64,000 nt of DNA, from assembly GCA_030704615.1 (NCBI GenBank), contig CM060733.1, positions 27,714,001-27,778,000 on the forward strand, in the 5' to 3' direction. Position 1 is the stretch's first letter, and the number at the start of each line of letters is the position of its first letter. Of this stretch, positions 1 to 10,432 are shown piece after piece. The stretch is from Takakia lepidozioides (taxonomy: Eukaryota > Plantae > Bryophyta). The notes beneath the pieces were generated by a model. It saw nothing but the letters and a program-made list of their open reading frames with translations. It was not told the origin of the DNA and ran no database searches. The translations under genes were made by a program, and so were the position numbers.

Positions 1-1746
1 TCAAAATCTTGAGGCTGAGCCTAAAGCCCTGGCCCTCTTGGGGTCTCATTGCTGGGCGGCTCACACGCAGCAACTCAATGCTTTTGTGAAGGCTTTCTAT
101 AGGATATCATCCAGAACTCATTTTCTCTGTCAGGGTAACTCACACTGCCAGAGTGAGCCCCTCACAAAGGTAGTTTCTGTTCAGTTTTATTCCGCCCGGA
201 GTGTATGGCCACAAGGCTACGGCAAACAACGACTTAGAGTGCTTTCTTTGGTAAAGCTCGTTCTCTATACCCCATATTGCCCGCTTGCATACGTTCCTTA
301 CACACAACCCTCCTCTCTTTTGGGGACCAGAGCGGACGTTATCAGATCTCTTTCTTTCTTTCTTTCTTTCTTTCTTTCCTTCTCTCTATCTCTGGAAACC
401 CTGTGTGAAGTCGCTAATGTTAATGCCAATTGCGCAGACCTCTCTCTGCCAGAGCTCGGTTTCCGGCACCCATCATGGACGTCCAGAGGGAACATGAGAC
501 GGGCTGTTTGAGACCCGGGCCTGCCCACGCAACAACCAGGGCGTGCCATTCATCCTGAAAGCCGCACCTGCTGTTGCAGGAGGACAATCCACGGGCACTC
601 TGCGGAGTACCGGCATTCACTGGCTAACACCTCTGCGGCAACGGGCAAGGGCCCAGCGTGATGAACGAAAATGGGGCCATACGCTCAAAGAAAAACATGG
701 ACAATGGGGAGGCTTGGAGAGAGAGAGAGAGAGAAGGGGGGGGGTGAAGGGAAGAATACCTGCAGACCAGCACGAGAGGACCTTGAAATGGGTTTCTTCT
801 TGTCCTTCTTGTCGTTGCTGTCCGTGGACTTCCCTAGAAGCAGTCCTTTAGCGCCTTTGCCCGACTGGTTACCTCCCACCACCATTTTGCCTACCTTGCA
901 ATTCTAAGCACACTCGTAATGCTGATATTGGGATGAATGCGCCGAGAAACAGGACCCCTGAGACACGGGAATGGCTGTGGTGAGAAAATATTAGCCCAGA
1001 ACAGAGAAAGGAAGATGTTTTGGGGCAAAGTCAGAGAAGAAAGCGCCGAAGGAAGCAGAAGAAAAACCGCAAACAGGACAAGAATATGGGTTAACAGGAG
1101 TACGTTCACTTACTTTACAATAGTCACCGCTGGGGAAAGAGGGGAGAGGAGAGACACCGCCAATTTCCAAGACATCAACAAGGGCGACCAGAAAGGAGGC
1201 GAAAATGCATACAGGGAGGCCCCGCACAGACAAGTTACACACCCGAGACAAACAGAGAGGGATGGGTGCACCAGCAACGGCAAAATAGGGCTCTGGGAGT
1301 GAACCCAAGAGAGCGACAAGATATGAAAACGAGATATAGTCGGGACCAAGCACAAGATATGTAGAGACACCAGACAAGTGAGCGACAAACAGGGAAGCCT
1401 TAAGAGACCAAGCCACAGCAGAATGGTACTCCCCAAGAAAAAAGGCAGGAAGAATATCCACAAAAAGCGGGGGAAAACAGTCAATGGAAGAGAGACAAAC
1501 CGACGAGAGAGAGAGAGAGAGAGAGAGAGAAGCACAAGAGATCAACAACCCTCCTGCACACACACGCACACACACCCCGTCCCAACAACGCAGCAAGAAC
1601 CCAGTTCCCTTCGAATCCAGAGATGTGCAGCACCTCAGATTCGCAACTTGGGACGCGATCTCTGCCGCAGACACCGAGATGAGCGAGAGATCGTGCGCGG
1701 GCTTGGTTTAACGGAAGACGGCCTTGAGCGACCCCTTGATACTTTT
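1..1746. repeat. Left arm of an inverted duplication (partner ~40858-42605) covering the H2A.Z upstream region, exon 1 and part of the intron
   Basis: Reverse-complement match, e.g. cgagagatcgtgcgcgggcttggtttaacggaagacggccttgagcgaccccttgatact (1684-1743) vs 40861-40920; mirrored ORFs 991-1674(-) and 40971-41615(+). Confidence 0.95.
760..885 (-). CDS. H2A.Z: Histone H2A.Z paralog A, first coding exon (rest of gene lies left of the window)
   Basis: Translates [42 protein letters not shown] followed by a GT donor at 759; same peptide as exon 1 of the complete H2A.Z gene at 41718-41843 and resembles the plant H2A.Z (HTA9-type) N-terminus. Confidence 0.85.
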
Positions 1747-2015
1747 CACCTGCCCTCCCTTCCTTCTTTCTATTCTTTGCCTGCTGCCCCCTCTTCTGGT
1801 CAAATTATCTACATAGATGCCAAATTCCACCCGGAACCAGTAACCCAATACTGCCCATTCCACCTGGAACTGTAGTGGTAACCCCAAGAGAACTACATAG
1901 TGCTTGTGCATGGTGGAATCCAATCTGGAACCATTTGGTAAAGTTACCACTCCGTTCTGCATGGAATCCGGGCTTGCATAAGGATTATCTAGTTGTTTCC
2001 GGGGTTACCAACTAG

Positions 2016-2306
2016 TTCCGGATGTGATTCGACTGCGCATAAGCATTATCTAATTCTCTTTGGAGATTACAAGTTACAACTTGGGTTCCGGATGGGATTC
2101 GACCACGCATAAGCATTATCTAATTCTCTTTGGGGGTTACAACTTGGGTTCCAGATGGGATTCGACCGCGCATAAGCATTATCTAATTCTCTTTGGAGAT
2201 TACAAGTTACAACTTGGGTTCCAGTGGGATTCGACCGCGCATAAGCATTATCTACAGGTTACAACTTGGGTTCCGGATGGAATTCGGCCACGCATAAGCA
2301 CTATCT
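2016..2306 (+). repeat. Tandem array of 5 units (~52-70 bp, core ttccggatgggattcgaccgcgcataagcattatct) with inverted unit copies on both flanks (~1826-1935, ~2338-2360)
   Basis: Units start near 2016, 2086, 2149, 2219 and 2271; ttcggccacgcataa vs ttatgcgtggccgaa forms an inverted pair. Confidence 0.85.
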
Positions 2307-3766
2307 TGTTGTGGTTGGGCCCCAAGGACAACTAGATAATGGTTATGCGTGGCCGAATACCACGCGAAATGGGGTGGTAAACTAAATGGGTTACCATTCC
2401 GACGCCGTGTTTTTCAAATTGGTGGGATTTCCACCCCAACAATTGTCGGGTAGTGCCCAAAAAAATCAGGCAATCTTTTATAGCCCTAATGTGAAAGAAT
2501 GACAAAAAATTGTGTCTTCCATCCACAAGACCCACCTCATACTTGTACAGATTGAAAGTATGACAGTTGATGACCACCATCATTATCTGGGTAGAAAGGT
2601 ACTGTTTTGTACCACACGTCAGAACTGCAGCAGTCTGCTTTTCGATTCAATACTGCAGGCCTCCTCACTGCAAAGGGCTTGTAGTTTTGAGAGGGAAAAA
2701 AAATTCTTTCCTTGCATCACATGCTCCAGAGATCACACGGACGTAACGATGATGTCCTCTGCCATATCATAAGGAAAAAATCTGAAGGAAGCAGAATGAC
2801 GGACAAGGGCTGGAGAACCTGCATCATGTGAGGGCCCACAGGTTGCCGGAGATTCTAGCATTTCTCCGTGGTAGCTTGTAGGAAACACATTCCCTCCCAA
2901 ACACTACACCAAGAATAAACTAGAAAGACTTGTGGATTCATGGCATCGTCGTGCAGCGAGGCTGAAGTGCTATAAATGGAGTGCCGGATGGAGGGTTTGC
3001 CAGTTTGGAGGACTTGCTTCTACTGGGGGGTCGGCGAGTTATATAAAGGACAAAGAGATCATAGAGATTGTCGTCACAAAGATTGTAGAGAAAAGACAAG
3101 ACGGATTTCAATATATAATCTAGCCCTATGAGACTTTGTTTCTCCTCTTGGGGACAGTTATACCCATTTGTACAGTCACCCCCACTTTGGGTCTTTTTAT
3201 AAAAGCTATGCGGAGAGATCTCAAGCTTTCCTGACCAGTGGTTATATTTTCCTTTCCCCTATGATCTATCTGCCGTGAGCAAGAGATCCAGGCACTGCAC
3301 CACGTGTGTTGTGGAGAAAGTGCCTTCGCTTTAAGTGTGTAGAGATGGAGCTCTAATTATGTCTTGTGCACCTTCCTGCTAGAGGAGATTGCACTCCACC
3401 TGGCTCTTGCAGCATTGTTTCCGGGTCGCTCTCGCAACGATGAACATTCTCCCTCAGCTAAAATCCAAACGCTTCATACACTGAGCCCCCTTTGCCGACC
3501 TGCTTCGCGACCCCTCTCTCCCTCTCTCTCTCACGTGGGCTCTAACACCACATCAATTGCAGTGTTTGCAAGAGCTGACTGTGCTGTCAAGATCTGCAAT
3601 GTTGGAGCAGTTGTCACCCTCTCGGTTAGCGAGTGTGGGTGGGTATGCAAAAGGCAGTGCTTGAAATTCAAAACCTCTCTAGCTCATTTCTCAGCAGTAA
3701 TCTGGGCATGCGTAGGGAATAGATCAGGGGTGAAATCTTCTCAGTGCAAATTTGTGCAATAGGGCC

Positions 3767-4231
3767 ATGAAGCGGATGGCGCAGTTCCTGACCCCACAGC
3801 ATCCTCGCTTCCGGCGATGGGGAGGGGCGTCCCCCATGCTAGCGCGCGAGCTGCCGCTGGAGACGTTGGAGATTGGCTACGAGAGACTCAGCCGATCGCA
3901 GGTGATACGCTTGTGGCGTGAAGTTGACATGCCCGACAGAGAGCGTCCCGATATTTTAAACCTCGGAAAGTGTTCTGGAGGGACGTTTCTTTCTAGATCG
4001 AACTGGGCGCGATGGCTGAAACCTGCTTCCTGGAAAGGCCGCCTGGCAGAAACGAGCAACTATGGCAGTTCCATTTCGGACACTAATTCGGGGATTGTAT
4101 CTAATAGTCTATTAGCAGCGTTTGAAATTACAGAGATTAGCCATGATATTCCAGTGACCAAACCTGTAAAGAAGCGGAGGTCCTGGTGGCCTGATCCTTC
4201 AGAGAGACGGTGGCCACAAGGTTGGTATTAG
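3767..4231 (+). CDS. Uncharacterised single-exon plant protein (154 aa) with GYERL motif and basic C-terminal ...KKRRSWWPDPSERRWPQGWY motif
   Basis: Open ATG-TAG frame; C-terminal WxPDPxxRWPQGW pattern recalls a small conserved land-plant family of unknown function (recognised from memory, not searched). Confidence 0.65.
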   Translation: MKRMAQFLTPQHPRFRRWGGASPMLARELPLETLEIGYERLSRSQVIRLWREVDMPDRERPDILNLGKCSGGTFLSRSNWARWLKPASWKGRLAETSNYGSSISDTNSGIVSNSLLAAFEITEISHDIPVTKPVKKRRSWWPDPSERRWPQGWY

Positions 4232-5956
4232 ATGTACCCATCGGACCAAAATTGATTCATCCAAGTGGTCTTAGATCTGGCTCACCTCCGGCTCAGTTGA
4301 AGGGCACTCCGACTGGTTGCTCAGATCTTTTGAGCTTGAACATTGATAGATCTGAAGACATAGAGTGACGTCTCAAGTGTGCCTTAGGAGAGCGAGAGGA
4401 GAGCGCCCCAGCCCAGAAGTCTCTATTCAAACATTATCTAGATTGCTGGACTATCAATCAATTGTTGCGAAGTTAATGAAGGATTGAGCTGTACTGATCA
4501 TGAATTGGATTAGAATACATGTCTCTAGAGTTAAATAAATGCATGCGCGTTGACATCTCAACAGCATTGAAGAATTGTTGCAGCAGTGAGAGGAGAGTCA
4601 CAGGTCCAGCTCAAGGTTGTGCACCTCGGAGGGTGGGCCAGGACCGCACAAATGATGCCGAGCTGTTGATGCAGCTGCTGCTTCACGCACTGATCTCTGA
4701 GCTCCTACACATGTGACAGTATCAGTCTTGGATTGATCTGGGTAACAGCGTCACACACTATTCTAGTTGTTGAAACAGCTCATCAATTGATGTAGGACGA
4801 GCTCATGCTGCACAACAAACCATCTCTTCATTTCTTGCTTGCAAAACGGGAGAATCACACTCACTGTTGTGCTTGCAACATGTTCACCCAAACATATTGC
4901 AACTCTTGAGAGAAACTTGTGCACAAGATACTGTAAATCTTTGAACATGAAATTTAACTTATGTCAAGCATGGGAAAATCACTCATCAATATGCCGAGTC
5001 TGCATGTCTAACATTTTGCTAGCTTAGGTCGTATATATCTGATTTTGAATTCACGGATTTCAATTAGCTCGTTGTTTGGTGAACTCCCTGGCTGAGTTTA
5101 CATCATGAATAGCTACCACCAGACCTCAAACTACACAAGTTCCATACAAGAATTGATGCAACTTGACTCTCAGATCCATGATGGGCGGAACCGATCGAGA
5201 TTTGTGGGTAATCCCAATACCGGGAAACTTGGGTTTCGCTCCAGTTTTGCTTTGCAGCAAAATCCCCTGTCTGTACACGGAATCTTTTGAGCACTACAAT
5301 TGCATCCCCCAACATCGATGTAGCCGAATAAAGATCGCCGTGCATCTCTGTCCTTTTATCACAACAGTTCACCCTGGAAAGTTTCGATATCTAGCTTATG
5401 TGGCCCGCCTCAACATACCATACATGTATCTAGAGCAGGCCGGGGCCTGCAGCTCACTGATCCGGATTATCCTTGAGTCCTTGAACACAAGCAGATCTGA
5501 GCTCAAAACCTCCTACAACTCTGACTATGTAACCCTATGTACATGATGTTTAATCACAGGAGCCAAATTTTTATAGCTCGACTAAAGCTCTAAAAGTGCT
5601 CAGAAACTAGAAGTCTCCAAATCCTGGACAGGGTTCGGACTAGCAATCAAGACTTCAGGTGGTCAGAACTAGCTACCAGTACTTGGGATCCGTCTCCTCC
5701 CCATCTTTTCTTTTCACAGTGCATCAGTACATGTTGGTGTAGGCTATGAGCGGCGGTTCAGGTGTTATAACCAAGGATTAAGGCATTTCTTACGAAACCA
5801 GTAGTCTTGGTGTAATTCTACATAGAACAGTTTGTCCGTAAAATGGTGCTAGTGATATTCCGTTTCTGAACAACAGAACATCCAGCACTAACGACCTCAT
5901 TTTTTTTCGGTAGTCTGAGTAGAAATCATTTAAGGCTTCGTCTTGTACAGCTTGCC

Positions 5957-8100
5957 TTGAAGAGAGTCAGCAAGAGTATTTCTAGCACTGGGGATTTGAA
6001 GGTACTGTGTAAGGAGGGAAGATTGCGAGAGGCACTACAAATTTTGGACAAATGGGGCGGTTGGGCAGATTCCAGTACTTATGTTTCTCTCTTGCAGCGG
6101 TACACCACCATGAGAGCCGTTGCAGAAGGAAAGCAGGTGCATGCCCACATTCTCCGCAGTGAATTCAAGCCAAACATCCTTTTAGTCAACACCCTTTGTC
6201 AACATGTATGTCAAGTGTGGGAGCATGGTGGATGCACGACAAGTGCTTGAGGAAGTTTCCCAACGAGATAAATTCACATGGGCTACGATGATGGCAGGAT
6301 ATGCCAAACACGGGCATGCCGACGAGGCTTTTAAACTCTACGAACAAATGCAACAGGAAGGTGTAACAACTGACAGGGTCACATTCATATGTGTTCTCAA
6401 AGCATGTGCTAGCCTAGGAGCCCTGGAAAAGGGCAAACGAGTCCATTCTGACCTCATGAAAGCTGGAATTGAGGCGGACATGATTTTGGAGACGGCCCTT
6501 GTTGACATGTATGGTAAATGTGGGCGCATAAAGGATGCGCGCCAAGTCTTTGACAAAATGGCCAAACAAGATGTAGTCTCATGGAGTGCAATGATCGCAG
6601 GATATACTCTGTGCGAGCATGCTGAAGAAGCAGTCAAAATCTATGAGCAAATGCAGCGGGAAGAGGTGACTCCTGACAGGCTGACGTTCATTTGTATTCT
6701 CAATGCATGTGCCCATCTAGGAGCCTTGGAAAAGGGCAAGGAGGTCCATGCTCATATCATCAAAGCTGGAATTACATCATATATCAATTTGGAGACAACC
6801 CTTCTTGACATGTATGCCAAATGCGGGAGTATAAAGGATGCTCGGCAAGTGTTTGATAAAATGGTTAAACGAAATGTGATCTCTTGGAGTGCAATGATCA
6901 CAGGATACGCTCAGGGCGGGCATGGTGAAGAGGCACTCATAATCTATGAGCAAATGCAACAGGAAGGGGTGACAGCTGACAAGGTCACCTTTATTTCCGT
7001 GCTCAATGCATGTGCCAGACTAGGAGCCCTGGAAAAGGCCCAGGTAGTTCATACTGACATTGTAAAAGCTGGAATAGCGTCATATTTGAATCTGACAATG
7101 CTCTGGTCGACACTTATGCAAAATGTGGGAGTGTAATGGATGCGCGTCAAGTGTTCAACAAAATGGCCAAATGCGATCTGGTCTCATGGAACGCGATGAT
7201 TGCAAGGTATGCTCAACATGGGAATGGTAGAGAGGCCCTCCAACTATTTGAACAAATGCAACTTGAAGACTTAAAGCCCGACTGTTTCACTTTCACTTCA
7301 GTTATCTCAGCATGCAGCCATGTGGGCCTTCCAGATGAAGGCTGTGGCTACTTTGTTTCCATGAGCCGAGATCATGGCCTAATACCTACAGTGGAGCATT
7401 TTGGCTGCATGGTGGACCTCCTGGGCCGTGCGGGGCGATTGGATGAGGCAGAGGACCTCATCAAGAAAATCCCAATTGAAGCAGGTGCTTCAGTGTGGGG
7501 AGCCTTGCTTGGTGCTTGCAGAGTCCATGGCAATGTAGAGATAGAAGAACACACTGCCAACTGCATTCTCAAGAAGGATCCACAACATGCCTCAGCTTAT
7601 GGTTGCTGTCAAACATCTATGCTGCAGCTGGCAGGTGGATGATAAAGCCAAAGTGAGGAAAATGATGGAGGACAGAGGTGTCACAAAGGAACCAGGGTTC
7701 AGCTGCATTGAGGTCAACAAGCAGGTGCATGCATTTGTCTCCGAAGACAGACTACATCCACAAATTGGGGAAATCCATGCTGAGCTAAGCAGATTGTCCC
7801 TCAACATGAAGGATGGTGGATATGTGCCTGACACACGCTTTGTATTGCATGACATGGAGGAGGATCGAAAACGCTTTTCTCTTTGCCACCACAGTGAAAG
7901 GCTGGCAATTGCTTTTGGGCTCGTAAGCACACCTCCAGGGACATCTATCTGCATCATAAAAAACCTTCGAGTATGTGGTGACTGCCACAATGCCACCAAG
8001 TTTATTTCAAAAAATCGTTGGACGACCCGTTGTTGTAAGGGATGCCCACCGCTTTCACCACTTCCAAGATGGAGTTTGTTCTTGTGGTGACTATTGGTGA
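5957..8100 (+). pseudogene. PLS-class PPR protein with E1/E2-DYW deaminase domain, frameshifted (pseudogene or consensus indel errors); 5' end approximate
   Basis: Consecutive ORFs 5957-6250, 6204-7136, 7136-7642 and 7587-8090 carry P-L-S repeats, WGALLGAC, EPG box, HSERLA, CGDCH; ends tgttcttgtggtgactattggtga (CSCGDYW*) at 8100; ~4 frame breaks near 6195, 7095, 7600 and 8010. Confidence 0.9.
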
Positions 8101-8994
8101 AACATGAACATGAGAGACATATGTTGGTTCTGTAATGTACTTATTGTTTCTGTGAGCCATGAGCCCCTTGAAAGAAACGACAGTGAAAACCTCTTTTCAG
8201 GTGAACTGCCATTGTGATCACCACAATTGAAATATGAGAAGCAGCAAAGGTGCTGATAACCTTATCACAGAGCAGTTCTCCACACTTAGCATGGACAAGC
8301 AAGGATCAAGAAGCTTCTCAAGGTAGATGGTCTGAGATCTAAGCACAGGAAAACTGGCCAAGAGGTATTGCCAGTGATTTTCCTCGGTGCGACTGGGGGG
8401 AGCCAACATCGCATACATGTTGACAGTTGTTCCTTCATATTACAAGAGATGGAGAAGTACAAGGCTTGTCAGATTGATTAATGTCAATCCAACGCTTTTT
8501 GTCCACCAAATATCTGTTGCAACAACATATTTTTGTTATGGTCACACAAATGAAGGTATAACATGACCAGCTGCCAGAAGTTCTGCAGATGAATTGCATG
8601 TTCTGATTTATTACGAAATTACTTTTGAGACACTTTGTGGGGTAAGCCTGAGACAGTTTGTCAAATTGAGATTGACCCAATTTATGTAGAACTATTAGCA
8701 TGCTGTGGCCATCATCTAACCTGCCAACAGGGGCATATGGTCTGTGCAGGGAGGGACAACATAAATCTGTGGACTTCACTAAGCACACCGAGGCCTGATG
8801 AAAAAATCTGTTACATGGTCTCAGTGGTTTCCAGGGAGAGTTCTCAATGCGATGTTTCCTCACTTGAAGTTGGGGTTGTAATCCGGCTTGCGCTTGCTAC
8901 CTGATAAATATGTATCCCAAGTTGATGGAAAATAACATAGCTAGCAGTAGGGCCATGTTGGGACCACTTCGATTGCATGCAGGAATGTCCTCGG

Positions 8995-9230
8995 AAGACT
9001 TTGTTTGCCATAGTCTTGTGGCCATCGTACCATGCCCCAGTTTGGATAGAAACACAGGGTATAGACACTACCTTTGTGAGGGGCTCACGCTAGTTGTGTG
9101 ACTTTCCTTTATATAAACACCTAGTTTGTGCTTTCCAGATATCCTCTAGAAAGCCATTCACACAAGCATCAACTTGTTGTGTGAGCAGCCCAAAAGCTAG
9201 ACCCCAAGAGGCCGAGGTCTATAGCTTTGG
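8995..9230 (-). repeat. Copy of a dispersed ~250-400 bp repeat family (other copies ~1-260, ~42360-42620, ~52640-52700, ~57810-58120, ~58430-58495)
   Basis: Shared blocks such as ctagaaagcc..cacacaagcatcaacttg.tgtgtgagc.gccca and ttgtttg.catag.cttgtggccat. Confidence 0.75.
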
Positions 9231-9477
9231 GATGAACATTTGTGTGGATGAACGATGTGAGAGACAGAGCGCTGGTGGATGGGTTGCCTTGAAAGGGTTG
9301 CTACCAGTGTTGGGCAATTCTTTATTCGTGGCAAACCCCCAATGTTCCAGCCGAGTTCTATACCCTTGTAACCACAGGATCCAAGGGCTGGGACTGGATG
9401 TTTGACACTGCTTCGTACACCCTTAATATGGTAGAAGTATGTCAGAGGTTGTTTGTAATTAAGTGGCTCTGTGCAAT

Positions 9478-9961
9478 GGTGATGATTGGGAACATGAAGA
9501 AACGTTTACAGATGACGATGAGGCAGTGGGCAACGATCCTGAAGAGCGGGAGAGCAGGTTCTGGAAGGACCAGCGCCACCTTGAATCAAACAGGTAAGTG
9601 GTTTGTTGGTTCTGGCGCCCACAAGACTGTGATTAGCGCCTGTTCTGCAGCTCGATTGCGTGGTTGAAGGTCACAGTTAATTTAATGTAGAACATTGGTT
9701 CAGCAGCTGTTTCACTGCATGAATCATGTTTTGTTCTGAGAGGTGGCTTTTGTTCTGGCCTGAATTCTTCAGTGTTGTGTTTGTGAATGGATGTTGGCAC
9801 TCTAGGACGAAGAAGAAGAGGAGCTTAGCCTAGAGGGACAGCGGAATGAAGAGGGGCCAGGAGGCTTGAGCAAGTCTGGTCGTGAGCTGAAGAAGTTGCT
9901 TGGTAAACGAGGTCTTGACGACTCTGACGGTGGTGATGATGACGAAGAAGATGATGAAGAT
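9478..9961 (+). pseudogene. RAP74: Orphan two-exon fragment of the TFIIF large subunit (RAP74) gene; exons ~9478-9593 and 9806-9961
   Basis: Translates GDDWEHEETFTDDDEAVGNDPEERE..PAPP*IKQ | GT..AG | DEEEEE..GGLSKSGRELKKLLGK..DDDEEDDED | GT, matching the plant RAP74 central region; first exon has a frameshift, a stop and a degraded acceptor. Confidence 0.8.
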
Positions 9962-10432
9962 GTAAGGGTGTATGTATGCAGGGTGCTTGTTAGGTATTCA
10001 CCGTCACTAGACGGCGTCAAAATGACAATCCCAGTCTGTGATTGAAAGTCCGCTATGCATAACCAGAGTGTATACAAATCCAAAAATCTGGGTATAACGC
10101 AAGTATGCTGAAACTCGTATACCAACCCAACACTGGAATCCACAGTACTCATCTTGAAAGCTTCTGCAGCTCGTGGTATATAAGGAGAATGGGTGACAAT
10201 GCATGTCAGAGACACTGGATGTTCTCCAATCATACCAGAAAGCACCAATCTTCCTTCCAAACCCCAATTTTTGTCACACCTATTCCGAACTAGTATCATC
10301 TGTTCCTAAAAAATTCACCCCTTTGCTACTACTGTTCAGATCACACTTGGATGTGGTCCTCAGACCAGCTCACAGGGAGTGCTATGCTGACTGGTGCTAT
10401 GCTGACTCCATCTCTTTGGTTTTAAAGGTACT

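Noticed and set aside
991-1875. Long ORFs (227, 165 and 141 aa) and their mirror ORFs at 40893-41669
   Set aside because: Low-complexity translations of CT/GA microsatellite-containing leader sequence; frames differ between the two copies
2016-2306. CRISPR-like repeat array
   Set aside because: Inter-repeat sequences are near-identical rather than unique spacers, there are no cas genes, and the context is eukaryotic
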